Shown here: one piece after another, positions 1 to 14,478 of the stretch
Position numbering within the stretch: the stretch's first letter is position 1
Layout of the letters: the number at the start of each line of letters is the position of its first letter
DNA from: the human T2T-CHM13v2.0 reference genome, Homo sapiens
Assembly (NCBI RefSeq): GCF_009914755.1
Contig: NC_060926.1
DNA: 64,000 nucleotides
Reading direction: 5' to 3' (one strand)
Notes under the pieces: generated by a model
Told to the model about the DNA's origin: nothing
Database searches by the model: none
What the model saw: the letters and a program-made list of their open reading frames with translations, nothing else
Translations under genes and position numbers: made by a program

Positions 1-1659
1 TGAGGGAGGTTATGTTCAAAGCACTCCACCACCTGAACTGAGGTTTTTGCTCCTGAAATTACTAGATTGATGTTTGCATTCCTAAAGCTTGATGACTGCA
101 TATTGCTTATCACTGTTATAGAGAAAAGATATTCCTGACACATGCCATAACCTACCTGAATGTGAGACATTTCCATTTAGAAAGAGCCCGTGAACTCAGC
201 CCTGGCCCTCTCTCTACCTGGTACCTCTTCCTTGAGCTTCCCCAAAACTCACACTCCTTTGCCAAAGTGCCTAAAAAGAGTAGAAAATGAAATGATTAAA
301 ACTGAAGAACTCAGGAGGAGGGCATGGGCCACAATATAACATGTTCTGTACTCAGAATCCAAATATCAGAGTTCAAAAACCACACTCACCCATGACCAGC
401 TGTGCGACCAGGAACCAGCCTTTTTACCTGAGTCCCAATTTTCCATGCTTATAGCACAAAGGTTCCCAAATTCTCTCTGCCTTCCACGGATCTAGAGGTA
501 AGGCTTAGATAAGATAAAGCACTTGACAGTCCCCAGACCAGGCCCTGCCCCCGCACAAAGTGCTCAGTGCAGGTTGATTGTAAAGTACTGAGGGAGCATC
601 TGGTAAAATCACACCACTGATGACAGCAATCAGGGGTTTAACGCTGCTAAAAAGTCTGCACCAACCTGTAAAAGAGATGGCAAGATCCTCGCTCTTCTCT
701 GAAGCCACACCCTTTGCCTGTGCCTGGAGCTTGCTCTCTGCGGGAGAACCTGGAGCTGATCTCCAGAATACAGCTTCTCTCGGCCTTTTAAACCAGGGCC
801 CAGAGAGGCACTACCAGAATACCAGATTACCGGGGAGGCAGGGCAGCCGAGGCTCCAAAATGGAGGAGGAGCCCCTTGCTCACAAACCAGGACCTGCTGC
901 CTGCCTAGAAGGGCTCTAGCAAGAGACGAAACCCCTTAAGCCACAGTCGGGGAAAAGGATCAGACAGTGAGCTCCTCTCCGGCCCAAAGCGCAGTGAGGA
1001 CAGGGACAACACATGGATAGGAGTGCTCTCCTGTGACCAGGACAGAGCTTGGCACTAGGAGGTGCTCACCAAGTACTGAAGAATGCCTGAATGCCCTAGG
1101 CAGAGGAGGTGTCGCATATGCCAGCCCCAGGGCACTGATGGGAGAGCCACAGAAAGCCCAGGATGCAACTGTCCCACAGCAGTGGGGCTAGAAGTAGAGG
1201 GAGGAGGGCCTCCAGGGGAGAGAAGTCGCCAGAGAGCCTCTGTTTGCTTCCTGCCACTGCCCACAGCCAGCCCTGCAGCAGCGTTTTTGGCTCCCTTCCT
1301 CAGCCACATTGCGGAACAGGCAGGCCCGGCTGTGGCACAGTCTGAAATGCCCAGGCACAGCACGACTGCTAAATTCTCGCACTCCCTGGACTCAGCTCAG
1401 CCCCACACCGCTCATTCTTACTCTCCAGTTCTGGGGACAGATTTTACAGCCCGTTCGCGTCTTCCCAAGCCTCGCTCAGATCTGGGCACGTGGCACAGGA
1501 AAAAGCGCCGCTGAGCGGATCTAAAGAACAGCGGGTGTCGGGGAGCCGGAAAGCAGGAATCATCTCAGCAATCCGTCTCTGGATTGGGAGGAAGAACATG
1601 TTCCTAAACACATTTGCTCACTGCTAGGGAGGCGGCGCCTCTTCTGAGGGAAGCCACTC

Positions 1660-2560
1660 CCTCTTCCCACAGCCTGCTCCTGGCTTTATTGCTCCTCTCA
1701 GTCACTGTCACTGCCGTCACCTCCTCATCAAAATCTACCCCCTTCTCCCTCTCTTGTTCTCTCCCCTCAGCCCTGCCTATCTTATTAACACTTTCCAAAC
1801 ACGTCTCTAATCCACTCCTCTCCCTCTCCCCAGCTCCAGGACACCCTCACAGCTGCGTCTGTGGACTGCTTCAGTATCCTCCCTGCTGACCCTGTGGCCC
1901 ACAGCTCACCAGCTTCTGTCCTTCCTTCTAATCCGTACACCAAGATGTCCCAAAATGTTCTTTGTGAAGAGTAAATCTAACAGTGCCTTCCGACGGCTGA
2001 AGACCATTTGTGACTCTCCACGGCCTGTTCTCAGCCCAGGCTTCTGTTCCCCTAGCAACACCAAACTATCACCTTCTGAGCACTCAACAAAAACCCTGCT
2101 AAGTGCTTTCATGAAACTTCCCATCGAATCCTCACAACGTCACTGGAAAGAGGCATTGCCGTCTGCATTTTACTTGTGAGGAAGCTGAGACTGGAAGGGC
2201 TCCATCATTTGTAGACAGCAAGGCAGTAGTCCAGCTGGGATCCTCAGCCAGGCAGGCCCAGGCCTACAGGCACTGGCCCACCCCACCTCCGGTTGCTCCC
2301 AGGGCCACTTAGAAGTTTCAAGTCCTCCCCAGCTTCCCAAGGCCAACTGCAAGGAGTTTCTCAATCCCTTCCAGGTGTCCCCATCACTAAAGGATGTGTC
2401 CGTCTGCAGCTTAGTTGTACGTCTGTTTTTCTCCCCAGGCTGGATGCCTTGAAGATAAGAATCATCTTGAGTCCCTAATGCTTAGCACAGAGCTGTACTC
2501 AGGAGGGTTAATTGAATTAATTAATGGTCAGCAAAATGAATGAGTGGATGAATGAATATC
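1660..2560. mobile_element. L2 and MIR fragments
   Basis: Pyrimidine-rich L2 body, MIR core (gaggaagctgagact) and L2 end (cttagcacag..gaatgaatgaa-like). Confidence 0.45.
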
Positions 2561-3924
2561 ACACATTCAAGTGATCACATTTCCTGTCTCTTCCACAATA
2601 AGGCTCAATTGATTGGCTTGGCTATGTTAGGAATGTTGGACATAGGTATACTGGTTACAGAATAGTATCAGAGCAAGGTTAAATTTTCCACATTTAAGGG
2701 TGGAATCACCCTCACAATAAACGTGTTGTTTTTGTCAGCATTGTCGCTGTTGTTGTTTACTATGGAATGTCACCATGCTTGAATCTTAAGCAGACGGGCT
2801 TGGGCTCCATTCATAATTTTCCTGCTTTAGAAAAAGTTATGATCACAGAAGGGGACCTTAGCGCTTGCCAACTGCCAGAGCCCAACAGCAGCCTTGGTCT
2901 CAGCACAGGTGGATGTGATTTTCTTTACCGGTGATCTGTCCACGAGCTGTGCAGTTTGTCCCACTGATGATGTGGGTGAAGGATGAAGCCAGGGCTCACC
3001 CTTCTAAGGGGGACATTGAGATTCCTGGGCATTGTACCAATTCAGCCATATGTCACCCCAGAAAGTAACTGCTTTTTCCATATATGATCATAACTAATGT
3101 TGCAAAGCCTGTTTTGCCTGGATCCTTTTACAGAACCTATGCAAAATATGCTGTGCGCTTTCACTCCAGATTTCTTTCTTAGGATGAATGGCTCTGCACA
3201 TACACGGGAACAAGATCTTATTCTTTTCATCAGGAATGATCATTATTCCATAGGCTAATTCCCTGCGCATTAGTTATATGGGGTGAAGTTCTGGCTCATA
3301 TGCAGGAGCTGATGGAAACAGAGTCCTAGTGGCCAAATACATCCTAATGTTCTCCTTTCAATTCTTTCATTTTTGCTGTCTTTACCTTTTAGAAAATGTT
3401 AATGTATTCCTGATGAATTCAGTGTGAAAAAAAATATGTTTATCAGCTTGGGTTTAAAATTTTTATTCATAATAAGAATATAGTAGCACTGCCAAGACCC
3501 TCCAAAGCCAATCCTGAGATCTTCGCCAGCTCTTTGGGGGCATCGTAAACAAGCTGACCATGCAGAAGAGTTACAAGAAAGGAGTTCCCATGCCAAAACA
3601 ATAGCAAGTGTATTTTCATTAGGTATTGATGCTTTGTTCTTGCCACGAGTAGGGTTGAAGGAAGTGTGTTCTGGTAGCAAAAACCCTGCAAGTTGTCATT
3701 TGGTAACTGCATAAGTTGTGCCTTTAGCCAGGGCCAAATGGATGATAAACTTGCCACTGTTAACAGTCTCTAGTTATTTGGAGCAATCCACACTTTTTCT
3801 TGCAAAATCACACACTCAATTTCTTGACTGCGTTTCCTCATCTATAAAATGGGAGAGAGGGAAGATAAGCTCTGTGGCCCTTTTGCACTCTGCAATCTCT
3901 AAGTGCCTTTGCATTTCCATCCAG

Positions 3925-3962
3925 CCCCGCCCCACCCCACCCCACCCCACCCCACCCCACCC
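3925..3962. repeat. (CCCCA)n repeat; G4-forming on the minus strand
   Basis: Seven C4 runs with 1-nt loops, plus a terminal C3. Confidence 0.9.
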
Positions 3963-4926
3963 AGGGGATGGATGTCCACAGTCCCCCACCCCAGCCCTGC
4001 CAGCATTGCAAAGCCTGCTGAGGATTTGCACAAGTAAACCCACCTCAGCAGCTTCACTGCTCCCCTTAGTAAATAACTGCATACAGAAACCCTGCAGATT
4101 CTCAGGCTGCAGCCAGCGCCACAGCTGGGTTCTTTAGTTTGTTGTGAAAAGAATTCCAGCATGACACAGCTCCTCTCAGCACAAAGACATGCTGAAGCAC
4201 TAGGAAAAAAAAATTTTTAAAGAATGCTTCTGAAAGCCAGGCAGCCAGGAGAGAGGTGTAGGCTCGGGCCAGCCTCCTCCCTGCCGGGGCCTGGACCTGT
4301 TGCCTGGGCTCTTCTCCTCTCAACAGTAAACAGAGCGGTTCACGAATCACCAAGGCTCAGAACGGCGGGTCTGGCCACAGGGGTGCCTCAGACGCCTCCC
4401 GGGCATCTGCAGCAAACAGTGCCACCTGCACTGTGGTCAGATCAGGGACAACCGGTCCCCCCGTTGTTTGATTTCTAAACCTGCCTCCACCTCCCCAAGG
4501 CCTCTGAGAGCTGAGGGCTTGCAAATCAACACAACATTTAATTAACTGCACATTAAAGTTTCCATCTTTCAAAGAAGGGAATTAGGGACAGTGCACTTTC
4601 TGAAGCACTCATTAATGAAAAAATAAATTCTAAAGCCTCCTGAGTTTGGGGTGGTCCTTACCATTCTAGGTGGCTTCCTGCTTTAATGCTCAGGGCTGCG
4701 CAAGTTCCCTCAGATGAGCTGCAATCTTCAGGCGTTTTTAACCCTCTGACAGCCAGCCTTGGTTTTGCCCCACACCACGCACCCTGAATAATCCTTAAGA
4801 GTTTTCAAGAAATATCCAGAAATGTTTCCAATTATATTGAATTATGAATGCTTTTTTATTAAAAGATATACAGTTGTTACTTTTAAGAGAGGCATGAATA
4901 ATATAATTAAACAACTGTCTATACTA

Positions 4927-5424
<498 letters not shown>

Positions 5425-5439
5425 TCAGGCTGTGGCTAG

Positions 5440-5441
<2 letters not shown>

Positions 5442-5478
<37 letters not shown>
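5442..5478. repeat. (CA)n microsatellite
   Basis: Directly visible. Confidence 0.95.
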
Positions 5479-5482
<4 letters not shown>

Positions 5483-8400
5483 CATCACTTACTCACACAT
5501 CCTGCCTGGAGGCAAAAAAAAAAAAAACAGTGAATGGGAAGAATGTTGCTCATGAGGCCATGGATGCTGCTCCTACTTCTACCACAAATCCACTCCCTGC
5601 TTTTTCTACTCATCTGAAAAACCATGGTACCTACCTGTACCTGCATCAAGATCACCTGCAGCTCTTTCTATGAGTTGCATCATTTTTAAAAGGAATTATG
5701 TTGCAATGCTTTGTTTTGTTACTTATCTGTGCACATGGCTTTTCCCAATATTATCAAGTTTTGAGAAAAAGGAAGGGATCTGATTTAATTTCGTATTATG
5801 CCTTGTGTGTATCTAGTCATGCTACACATTTTACTTCACTTCTATTATGTGCCAGACACTGCACCAAGCATCAAGGATATAGATGCTGGTCCTGCCCTTC
5901 TAGAGATGGCAAAGAAATAGCAGATAAATGAATGGATTGTCAATTAGAATTATGGTTAGGTAGGGACAAGGGCCTAAGATAACAAATGATAGAGAAGAAG
6001 AGACCAACTTCCAATGAGATGCTTCAGGACAGCCTCTGGAAGGGATGTTCTGGGTCTTCCCACAGAAGGAAGAGAAAGTGCTAGCTATGCAGCAAGAAGG
6101 GAGAGTGGCATCCCTGGTAGAGGTGTCTTGCACATGACAGACACACAGTCACTTGATTTGTTGATAAAAGTTAATATAATACATCTAATAAATTCAAATT
6201 ACTAATGCAATCTAACCACAGTAGGCTCGTCTATAGAAAAAGCACCCAGTAAATTAATTCTTTGCTATCCAGGAGGTGACAGAGCCTTGTGTAAGCAATG
6301 GGCTCCCTCAAGGAGAGGGATCACTTAAGATCACTTAAGATGGGTTCATTTAAGACACCAAAACTAACCAAGCTCAGAGCCCTTGTACCCTCAGCCTTTC
6401 CTTTTCCTCTCATCTCAGCTCTCTGGTCAATGCCCAGCATTAATTTATGCAGTAACTGGAACACCAGAGGATTCTAGGTGTTCATCCATAATTCCCTTAA
6501 ATTCACTATTTCTATCCTGTCTTTGGAGTTTTCTCTCCAGTGTGACATCATGGAAGAGGCGGCATCTCAATTTCTTACACATATTCCTCAAGTAGCCCGC
6601 AATGCCATCACACATTGCAAGAACACAGAGCGAGGGTGTGTCCTCATCAGACACCATAGCTTGTGCAGCTGGCTGTGGGTCATTGAAATGTGTGTCCCAT
6701 CTTGTGATGAGAGAGGGAACTGAATGAGTCCAAACTGCTCAGCCACTTGGTTCTCATGGCACAGGTGCCCCATTTCCCTGGCCTCCCATTAGGCTTTGTC
6801 AAAAGGGGAATGTAGGCGGAGACGAGGCAGGAAATAACTAGCGAGGTGAGTTTTCCTGGCTGGACCCTGACAGATACAGCCACCCAGGAGATGAGAGCTC
6901 TTCTTATCTTTTCTCATTACTTAATAATTGTTGCCTGTGTGCCCAGGCTGTCATGTTGCCCTTGGCGTGGAAGAAGGAAGGTAGATAAAGACTAAAAAAT
7001 CTGTATCTGTAGTCACCTGGTGTGCAAAAGCAGCATCTGGCTGGAAGCTGTGCTCACCCACCCCTTGAAACAATCTGATGCTATTGTTCTCCTGTCCCCC
7101 ACCTTCCTTCCTGTCTGTCACCAACCCTTCCGGGGGCCTTCTCTATGTCAAGCCCTGTGTTATACTGTTAGAACCACACATACGATGATGGACACAGTCC
7201 TTACTCTCAAAATTCCAGCCTAGTGAGGATGCATGAGCAGATGACGCGGACAGAGTGCGAACTACTGTGATCGAGGTAGACAAAGGGTATGAAGGGGCAC
7301 AGGTAGTGGTCTCATTATGCAGCCCAGGGGGAGCTGATGGTGGGCTTCTCTGAGAAGTAGAGGCCAGGGTCAACCTGTGACTGATCAAGAGATAAGACTG
7401 ACACTGAGTAAACAACAGGAAAATATAAGAGATGCTGCATCAACAGGCACATTACTGAAATGTACGGTCCTTATTGGTTCCCACACAGGCCTGGGGATTG
7501 GTGAAATGGATTCTGATGACTGCATCGGAATCAGGGAAGGCCCCCACTCCCATCCACAGAATCTAGTCCAGTGGGTCCATGTTGAAGCTCAAGAATCTAT
7601 TCACTTGGTTTAAGTCCTAATAGGGGGTGTAGTAGGTACCTGGTTATCTCATACTCGTTAACATTCCTTTGAGAGTCAGGGAACTACTTCTCCCTATTGA
7701 AACCATGAGCAGGGATCAGCCAGTACAATGAATATGAGTCATTCACACCCAGGAATAGTATGATTGAACCCCACAAATGGTGGCCAAATGCTTTCTGGTG
7801 CAAAATTTTGATGGATGATGCTTCTTTAGCCTGGGCAGAGATTTAATTTGTGTTGCAGTGGAACGCTTTCAATTGTCAACGACAAAAGGTGATATTTCCA
7901 ATACTCCTTGAGAACAGGCTTCAAAGGCATCAGCTCTTTTTTAAAAAAGCGTTTCAGCTTTATTTTGATGTGGCAGAAAAGTTTTGCATGCATCCTCGCA
8001 TCTACTGTTGTGACAGCTGCGTTTAATGAGTGCAAAATGATCAGAAAAACATCCTTTGCTGTGGGTTGCCAGTTGGTGACAGGGGAGAGGTGATGCTGTA
8101 ATCGGAGCAGTAAAGTCAGGTACACATCTGCGGAGGCAGATTTCTGCTATCTGGTCTGTACTGGGCACCTCAATGCATAGCCTCAAATCCAAATAAGACC
8201 CGTAGACCCACATCCCATGGTCCCCTTCCTCAAGCAGCAGGGCAAAGACTCAACTGGACCATGTCTGGTTGTTTCTGCTGGAAGTTCATGCAAAGTCAAG
8301 TGTTTCTAAATCTTTCACGTACCTTTCCTAAGGAGAGAAGATCTTTCTGGCTACTCTAACATAATTAACAAACTCAGGAGAAAACCAAAAAAGCAGGACG

Positions 8401-8484
8401 GGGGCAAACTTGAAATAATTCATGTGTAGAGGCCTAAATCAGAAAATAAAGGACTTTCTTTAAATATAGTTACGATAGATTAAA

Positions 8485-8975
8485 TTATTGTTTAACAAAT
8501 ATTCAGTACCCCTCCTGCCCCCAACACAGAAACATACTGGCCTCCAATGGGAAGAGTTTACTTTCTCACCCTACTGATGTTGAGCTTGACTATGGGACTC
8601 CTTTGGCCAGTGAAATGTGGGCAGAAATGACCATATGTCAATTTGGAGCCTAGGCCTTAAGGCATTACATGTTTACACATACCACTTTGAGAGCTTCTAC
8701 TTGCACCTTAGAAAGATTGTAAATCAGATAGCCCTATGCCCTGTGATGATCATTGCAGAATGAGACAGGTGAAACAGACCTGAATACAAACTGTGGCTTG
8801 AAGCAGAGTTTTTCCAACTGACCCATGCACTGCAAAGCATACCTGGAGGAGAGGTGCCTAGCTGTGCCCACGTAGATCACCCACACCACAGCTGACCTGC
8901 AGCCCAGGAAGCATGAGCATAGATGACAGTTAATTTAAATCACTGAGATTTAGAATTGTTTGTTATTCAGCATCA
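8485..8975 (+). mobile_element. Old MLT1 (ERVL-MaLR) LTR
   Basis: ctttggccagtgaaatgtgggcagaaatgac and aaatcactgagatttagaattgtttgtta resemble MLT1I/J motifs. Confidence 0.6.
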
Positions 8976-9095
8976 TTGTGTTGCTTCATAAGCTTTTGAT
9001 AGAGATTACCAACAATGAATGCCTGATTATGTGCCAGAGAAATTTTCCCAGCTGTGCTAAATGCCTCCTACAGCTCTGTCGACGTGGTGGGAGGG

Positions 9096-9271
9096 TGCTT
9101 TGGGTTAAATGCTTGTGTCCCCCCAAATTTTATATGTTGAAGCCTTAACCGCCAATATGATAGTATCAGGAGGTGGAGACTTTGGGAGATGATTTCGGTT
9201 AGATGAGGTCATGAAGGTGTCACTGTCACTATGAGATTAATGACCTTATAAGAAGGGAAAGAAACCCAAGA

Positions 9272-9312
<41 letters not shown>

Positions 9313-9549
9313 CTATCTCTCTGTCTCTCCGTCTCTCTGTCTCTCTGTCTCTCTCTCTCTCTCTGCCATGTGAGGACACAGAGAGAGGACATCCATCTGC
9401 AAACCAGGAAGAAAGTCCTCACCAGGAACCTTGATCAGCCAGCATCGTGATCTTGGACATCTCAGCCTGCAGAACTGTGAAAAATAAATCATCGTTTAAG
9501 CCCCCACCCTCAGTCTACGGTGTTTGTTATAGCAGCCGAAACTAAGACA
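9096..9549 (+). mobile_element. MLT1A/MST-type solo LTR with internal (CT)n/(TCTA)n
   Basis: tgtgtccccccaaatt..gccatgtgaggacacag..gatcttggac..cagaactgtga..ttgttatagcagcc..ctaagaca. Confidence 0.85.
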
Positions 9550-9778
9550 GAGGGAAAATAGATAGATGGAGCAAATACTCAAGTCAATCAATCAGATTTA
9601 CACAAAGCAAGACAGGTAACAACTCCATGTTGAACTACATTTTTCAGCTTTTGGTTCCATTTTGGGGTCATGGAGTCAGTCACACTTTGCAATTAATGGA
9701 AGTGTAGCTTCAGGAAGGTTGCCAAGGAAGCTCCTTGGTACCAACATTCTTTACTGGTTATTACCTTCTTGCATCTTA

Positions 9779-10090
9779 TTTTTTTTTTAATATTTTATTT
9801 AGAGACAAGCTCTCGCTCGCTCTCACCCAAGCTGGGGTGCAATGGTGCAATCCTGGCTCACTGCAACCTTGACCTCCTGGGCTCAAGAGATCCTCTCAGT
9901 TCAGCCTTCTGAGTAGCTGGAACTTCAGGTGCATGCCACTATGATCAGCTAATTTTTTTTTTTTTTTTCCGTAGAGACAGGGTCTTGCTATATTGCTCAG
10001 GCATGGTGGAGAACTCCTGGCTTCAAGCAATCTTCCCACCTCAGCCACCCAAAGTGCTGGGATTACAGGCGTGAGTCACCATGCCCAGCC
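9779..10090 (-). mobile_element. AluJ
   Basis: Reverse Alu with an imperfect TSD ccttctt..catctta. Confidence 0.9.
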
Positions 10091-11566
10091 CTCCTTCTTA
10101 CATCTTACAGGTGAAAACTAAAAGTAACTACTTGTGTCCATCTCTTTCCCTTGAGTCTGTTTCATTTCTGTATGGCTTCAATCTTCTCTTTCTTCAGTCA
10201 TAGGAAGACAACAAAAATAAACTGTCACAGAGAACCATTACAAAAATTTACTCTTGCGGGGAGAATCCTGTGGGTGTCTAAAAGCTTACACTAAGTTATA
10301 TTTGCTTCATTTATGCTTCTACTGATGAATAATTAGGGCATCAATTAATTTTAAAATGCAAATGAGCAATGGGTCTCACTGTTTTGTTTTGTTTTAAATA
10401 TCCTTTGTCCTCAGTTCTATTGGTGTCTTAATGGATTTAGTTTAGCAAAGGAATGAAATTATTTTTTCTAATGCTTTATTTACTTGATTGAATCGGGCTT
10501 TTTATCAAATATTGACTACAAATGTTTGTTCAAGATCATATGCCATAAAAGTTAATAGAAATAAAAACCTGGAGTAGAGAACCACCATGTTTACATGTCT
10601 TGTGGGTGATCTGTCTGAATGATGATCAGTGACAGTCAGAAGAGGTGATGGCCTTGTGCCTGGCTATCTGAACTAATTGTTGTTTCGTAGTCAAAGGGAA
10701 AATTCTTTATCTTTGAAAATGTCTCATAGATATTCTTTGAGAAAACTTTCCAACCATAATAAGTAAAATTATTATTTATTTCTTTTATTTCTTCCATTAT
10801 TGGAAGGATTGGAAACATCATGAGAAGTCCACTAAATATGCCTTTCATTTGCTCATTCATTCAACATTGACTGACATGTAGTATATGCTAACACTCCACT
10901 CTATGCTAGATTTACCGTCTCTGCTTTCAAAGAGTTCATAGTCTACGGCGAAAGTCAAACAAGAAAAACCTCTGTTGTATCTTTGTCATGGCACTTCCTG
11001 GCATCATTTCCCATGCACGTCTATCATCTTTCTCCTCACCTGGAATGTCAGCCTCAGGAGGGCAGGAACTGTGTCTGTGTGAGCAGGACCTACCAAAGAA
11101 GAGGCACTCAGTAAATATCTGTGGCTGTTGGAAAAAAAAAAAGTGATATTTTAGATATGTAAATAGGATAAAATGGAAGCTCAAAAGGCAGATACCTTTC
11201 TCAGCATAGACTGTGGTGGAAGGCGGGTTGATGGGAAAGGTATCGAGGAGTTGATGAGGCTGGGAGCAGGGAGCCCCATGAGGGGATGTGCAGGAGGTTT
11301 CCCAAAGAACAAAGTCTGGAAGCACACAGCAGGTGTGAAGAATCATGGAGGAGTGGGCCATCTGGATGAGATTGGGAATGCTGAGGAAGTTTCACTGGAG
11401 CATAGGATGCTGTGGGGAATGGCAGGATCTGGGGCTAGATGGGCAGTGAGGCCTGAAGCAGCAGTCATCTTATACCCAGGTGGAGAAGCTGTTCTCTGTA
11501 ATCGGTGTTGATTACCAATTGACTGAAACATTTAAATGCCAAATTATTAACTAGTGCGAGCATTTA

Positions 11567-11909
<343 letters not shown>

Positions 11910-12649
11910 CTGTCCACCTTTGACAGAAATCTGAATCCCTCTTTTATAATAAACCTCTAATGCTCTCCACTGACATAGGACTTAGTTTGAGGGTACAGCC
12001 AAGACATCATCCACTTTCCCAAAGAAAGCACTTGGTCACTAATCATGGTCACTAATCATACACATCAGCTGTAGCTGTTTTTGTTCCATTATCTAAATAT
12101 TTAAAGAGAAACCAGCATTTTGGTCTCAATTATCTGAATAATTCCACAACTCACCATTTGTTTTTAGTAGAGATTCAAGGTTAAAATAATAATAATAGGT
12201 ATCTTTAAGACTCAACATTATTTATATGAAAGTCTATTTTTAAACAACATCCAAATTATTTGCCTCTGTTTTTCACCCATGTAAGAAAATATTTGATACA
12301 TCAAGAATGAATAAAAGACCATCACATGGGCTGTTCTGTTTTTTTTTTTTTTTTTTTTTTTTGGATTGCTCATTGTTGTTGTTTCATGGATTTTTCTGTT
12401 TTATTAGGAAAAAACAATTAAATGGAGCACATATGCAGATCCAATCACTGCCTCCCTGCTGCAGGTGGAGGTCGTGAGTAAGTGGTGGCAGGCTACTTCT
12501 GATTTCATTATGAATTCCTCTCATGTGGACACAGGCTTCAGCCGGGGATGACAAGGATTTTTGAACTTCAAAAAAAAAAAAAAGAGGAATCATAATAAAT
12601 ATTTTACTGTCTAGTCAACCCAATTTATGAAGCCTGATTATCTAGCTCA

Positions 12650-12990
12650 GCCTCCGGAGATTGCTACCGGAAATCTCCCCAGATGTTCCCCCTTCTAACC
12701 CAACTCTCCACTGTCTGGCAGGAAGGCAGCCGGGCATCTGCATTCCGGAAGCCCAGCTGCTTGGGAAGAGAGAGGGAGCGGCCTGCACGTCACTCAACAG
12801 CCCTGCCTGCTAACCAGTTAACCAGTTCTCAGTTGGGTTCACGGACCCATGAGCGACCCAGCTTTCTTCCCCTCAGGTTGATATTGTGCTCCAAGCTGGG
12901 GATGCCCGGGGACTATGTGGAGGGAGAGTGCCTGAGGCAGCAGGGAGCTGATCACCCTCACTTCCGAAGTCAACGGGTATCCTGAAATAG
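12650..12990. promoter_or_regulatory. Candidate ETS/CRE-rich promoter or enhancer
   Basis: ACCGGAAAT at 12666, CAGGAAG at 12719, CATTCCGGAAG at 12741, CACGTCA at 12786 and ACTTCCG at 12960, with local CpG enrichment. Confidence 0.4.
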
Positions 12991-14166
12991 TGCTGTTTGA
13001 ACAACATTGGGCAAGAACATGAAGAGTGCTTCTGGGGTTCTTTGTATAGGCCCAGACACGCTCATTTCTGTTTCTAAATTACACAGCCCCAAGATTTTCA
13101 GGAACGATGGGATTCTGTATACTTGTGTTATTTGTTGTTGGTGTAACTTTGAAAATTTAGCTTATAGTATAAATGTCATTATATTATATAAAATATATAG
13201 CATAATTATTTTTATATGGGCACTTTTTCTTCCTTTTTTGGAACACACCTGTATATTTTAGTTTGCCCTTTCACCATCTAGTCCTTGGCTGTGATCCCCG
13301 TGGCTATACTACAGTATACACTAGGGCCATGAGGAACTTGGACCTAATGTGAAATTCAACAGAACCTATCACCCTTAGGAGGAATCATCTAATCACAAAT
13401 AGCCCTTGGGAGTCAGACCAACCAAACTAGGATTCTTGAAAGAGTTGTTCCAGAAAAATTCTTGTTTGGGTTTTTTCAAGCCACAAAGCCAAAAGTTTGA
13501 AGGTGAATTTGATATGCTTATTGCCTGGCTGCATAAAATAAGTACACAGTGAGCTTGTGACAAAGAACATCATCCTTGCAGTGCCTCAGCAGAGTCTCTG
13601 AAGGCCATAACTAGAATCTGAAGGGCAGGTAACCTGAGTTCACACTGGAGATCAGAGTCTCAGCAAATTCAGAGGGTTCACATTTGCTTGGCAATCTCTG
13701 AAAAGATGGGAATTCGGGGTTGTCCTGCATATTTCATTTTTCTAGCCCAGTTTTCAAAAGATGAGGAGATTCTAGTGCTGTAGGTGATGATATGTCACAT
13801 ATTATATACTGACCAAGGCTTCAAGGTACATTTGTGTCTGCTAATGATCAAGTTTCACCAAAAATAGAATTGAAATGTGAATGAAATATAAATCATTTTA
13901 TAAGACACTGGATTTCTGTGTGTTTCTCATAAGAAATTCTGCATAGACCCCATAACTTTGAATTATCAAAACCAGAATTTTATAATACTAGTACAAAAAC
14001 TGAGCTGTTTTACCCACAAAAATAAGAGTGTCAGGCAGACGTTTATGTACTTAGACATTAATGAAAGGGGAAAAAGCTTTTGATTAACAACAACCAAAAA
14101 AACCTTCTCAAAAGAAAAAGGCAGAAAAAGATCCAGTTGCCAATTCACCTAATTAAAAAATGTCCA

Positions 14167-14478
14167 GGCCGGGCACGGTGGCCCGTGCCTATAATCCCAG
14201 CACTTTGGGAGGCCAAGGCGGGCAGATCACCTGAGGTCAGAATTCAAGACCAGCCTGGCCAACATGGTGAAACCTTGTCTCCACTAAAAATACAAAAATT
14301 AGCTGGGTGTGGTAGCAGGCACCTATAATCCCAGCTACTCCAGAGGCTGAGACAGGAGAATCGCTTGAACCTGGGAGGCAGAGGTTTCAGTGAGCCCAGA
14401 TTGTGCCACGGCACTCTAGCTTGGGCAACAAAGCGAGACTCTGTCTCAAAAACAAAAACAAAAAAGAAACAAAAAAAA
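14167..14478 (+). mobile_element. AluS
   Basis: Full Alu with A-rich tail. Confidence 0.95.

Noticed and set aside
1083-1514. 143-aa GC-rich ORF
   Set aside because: No recognisable domain, and overlapping ORFs on both strands are expected by chance in GC-rich DNA.
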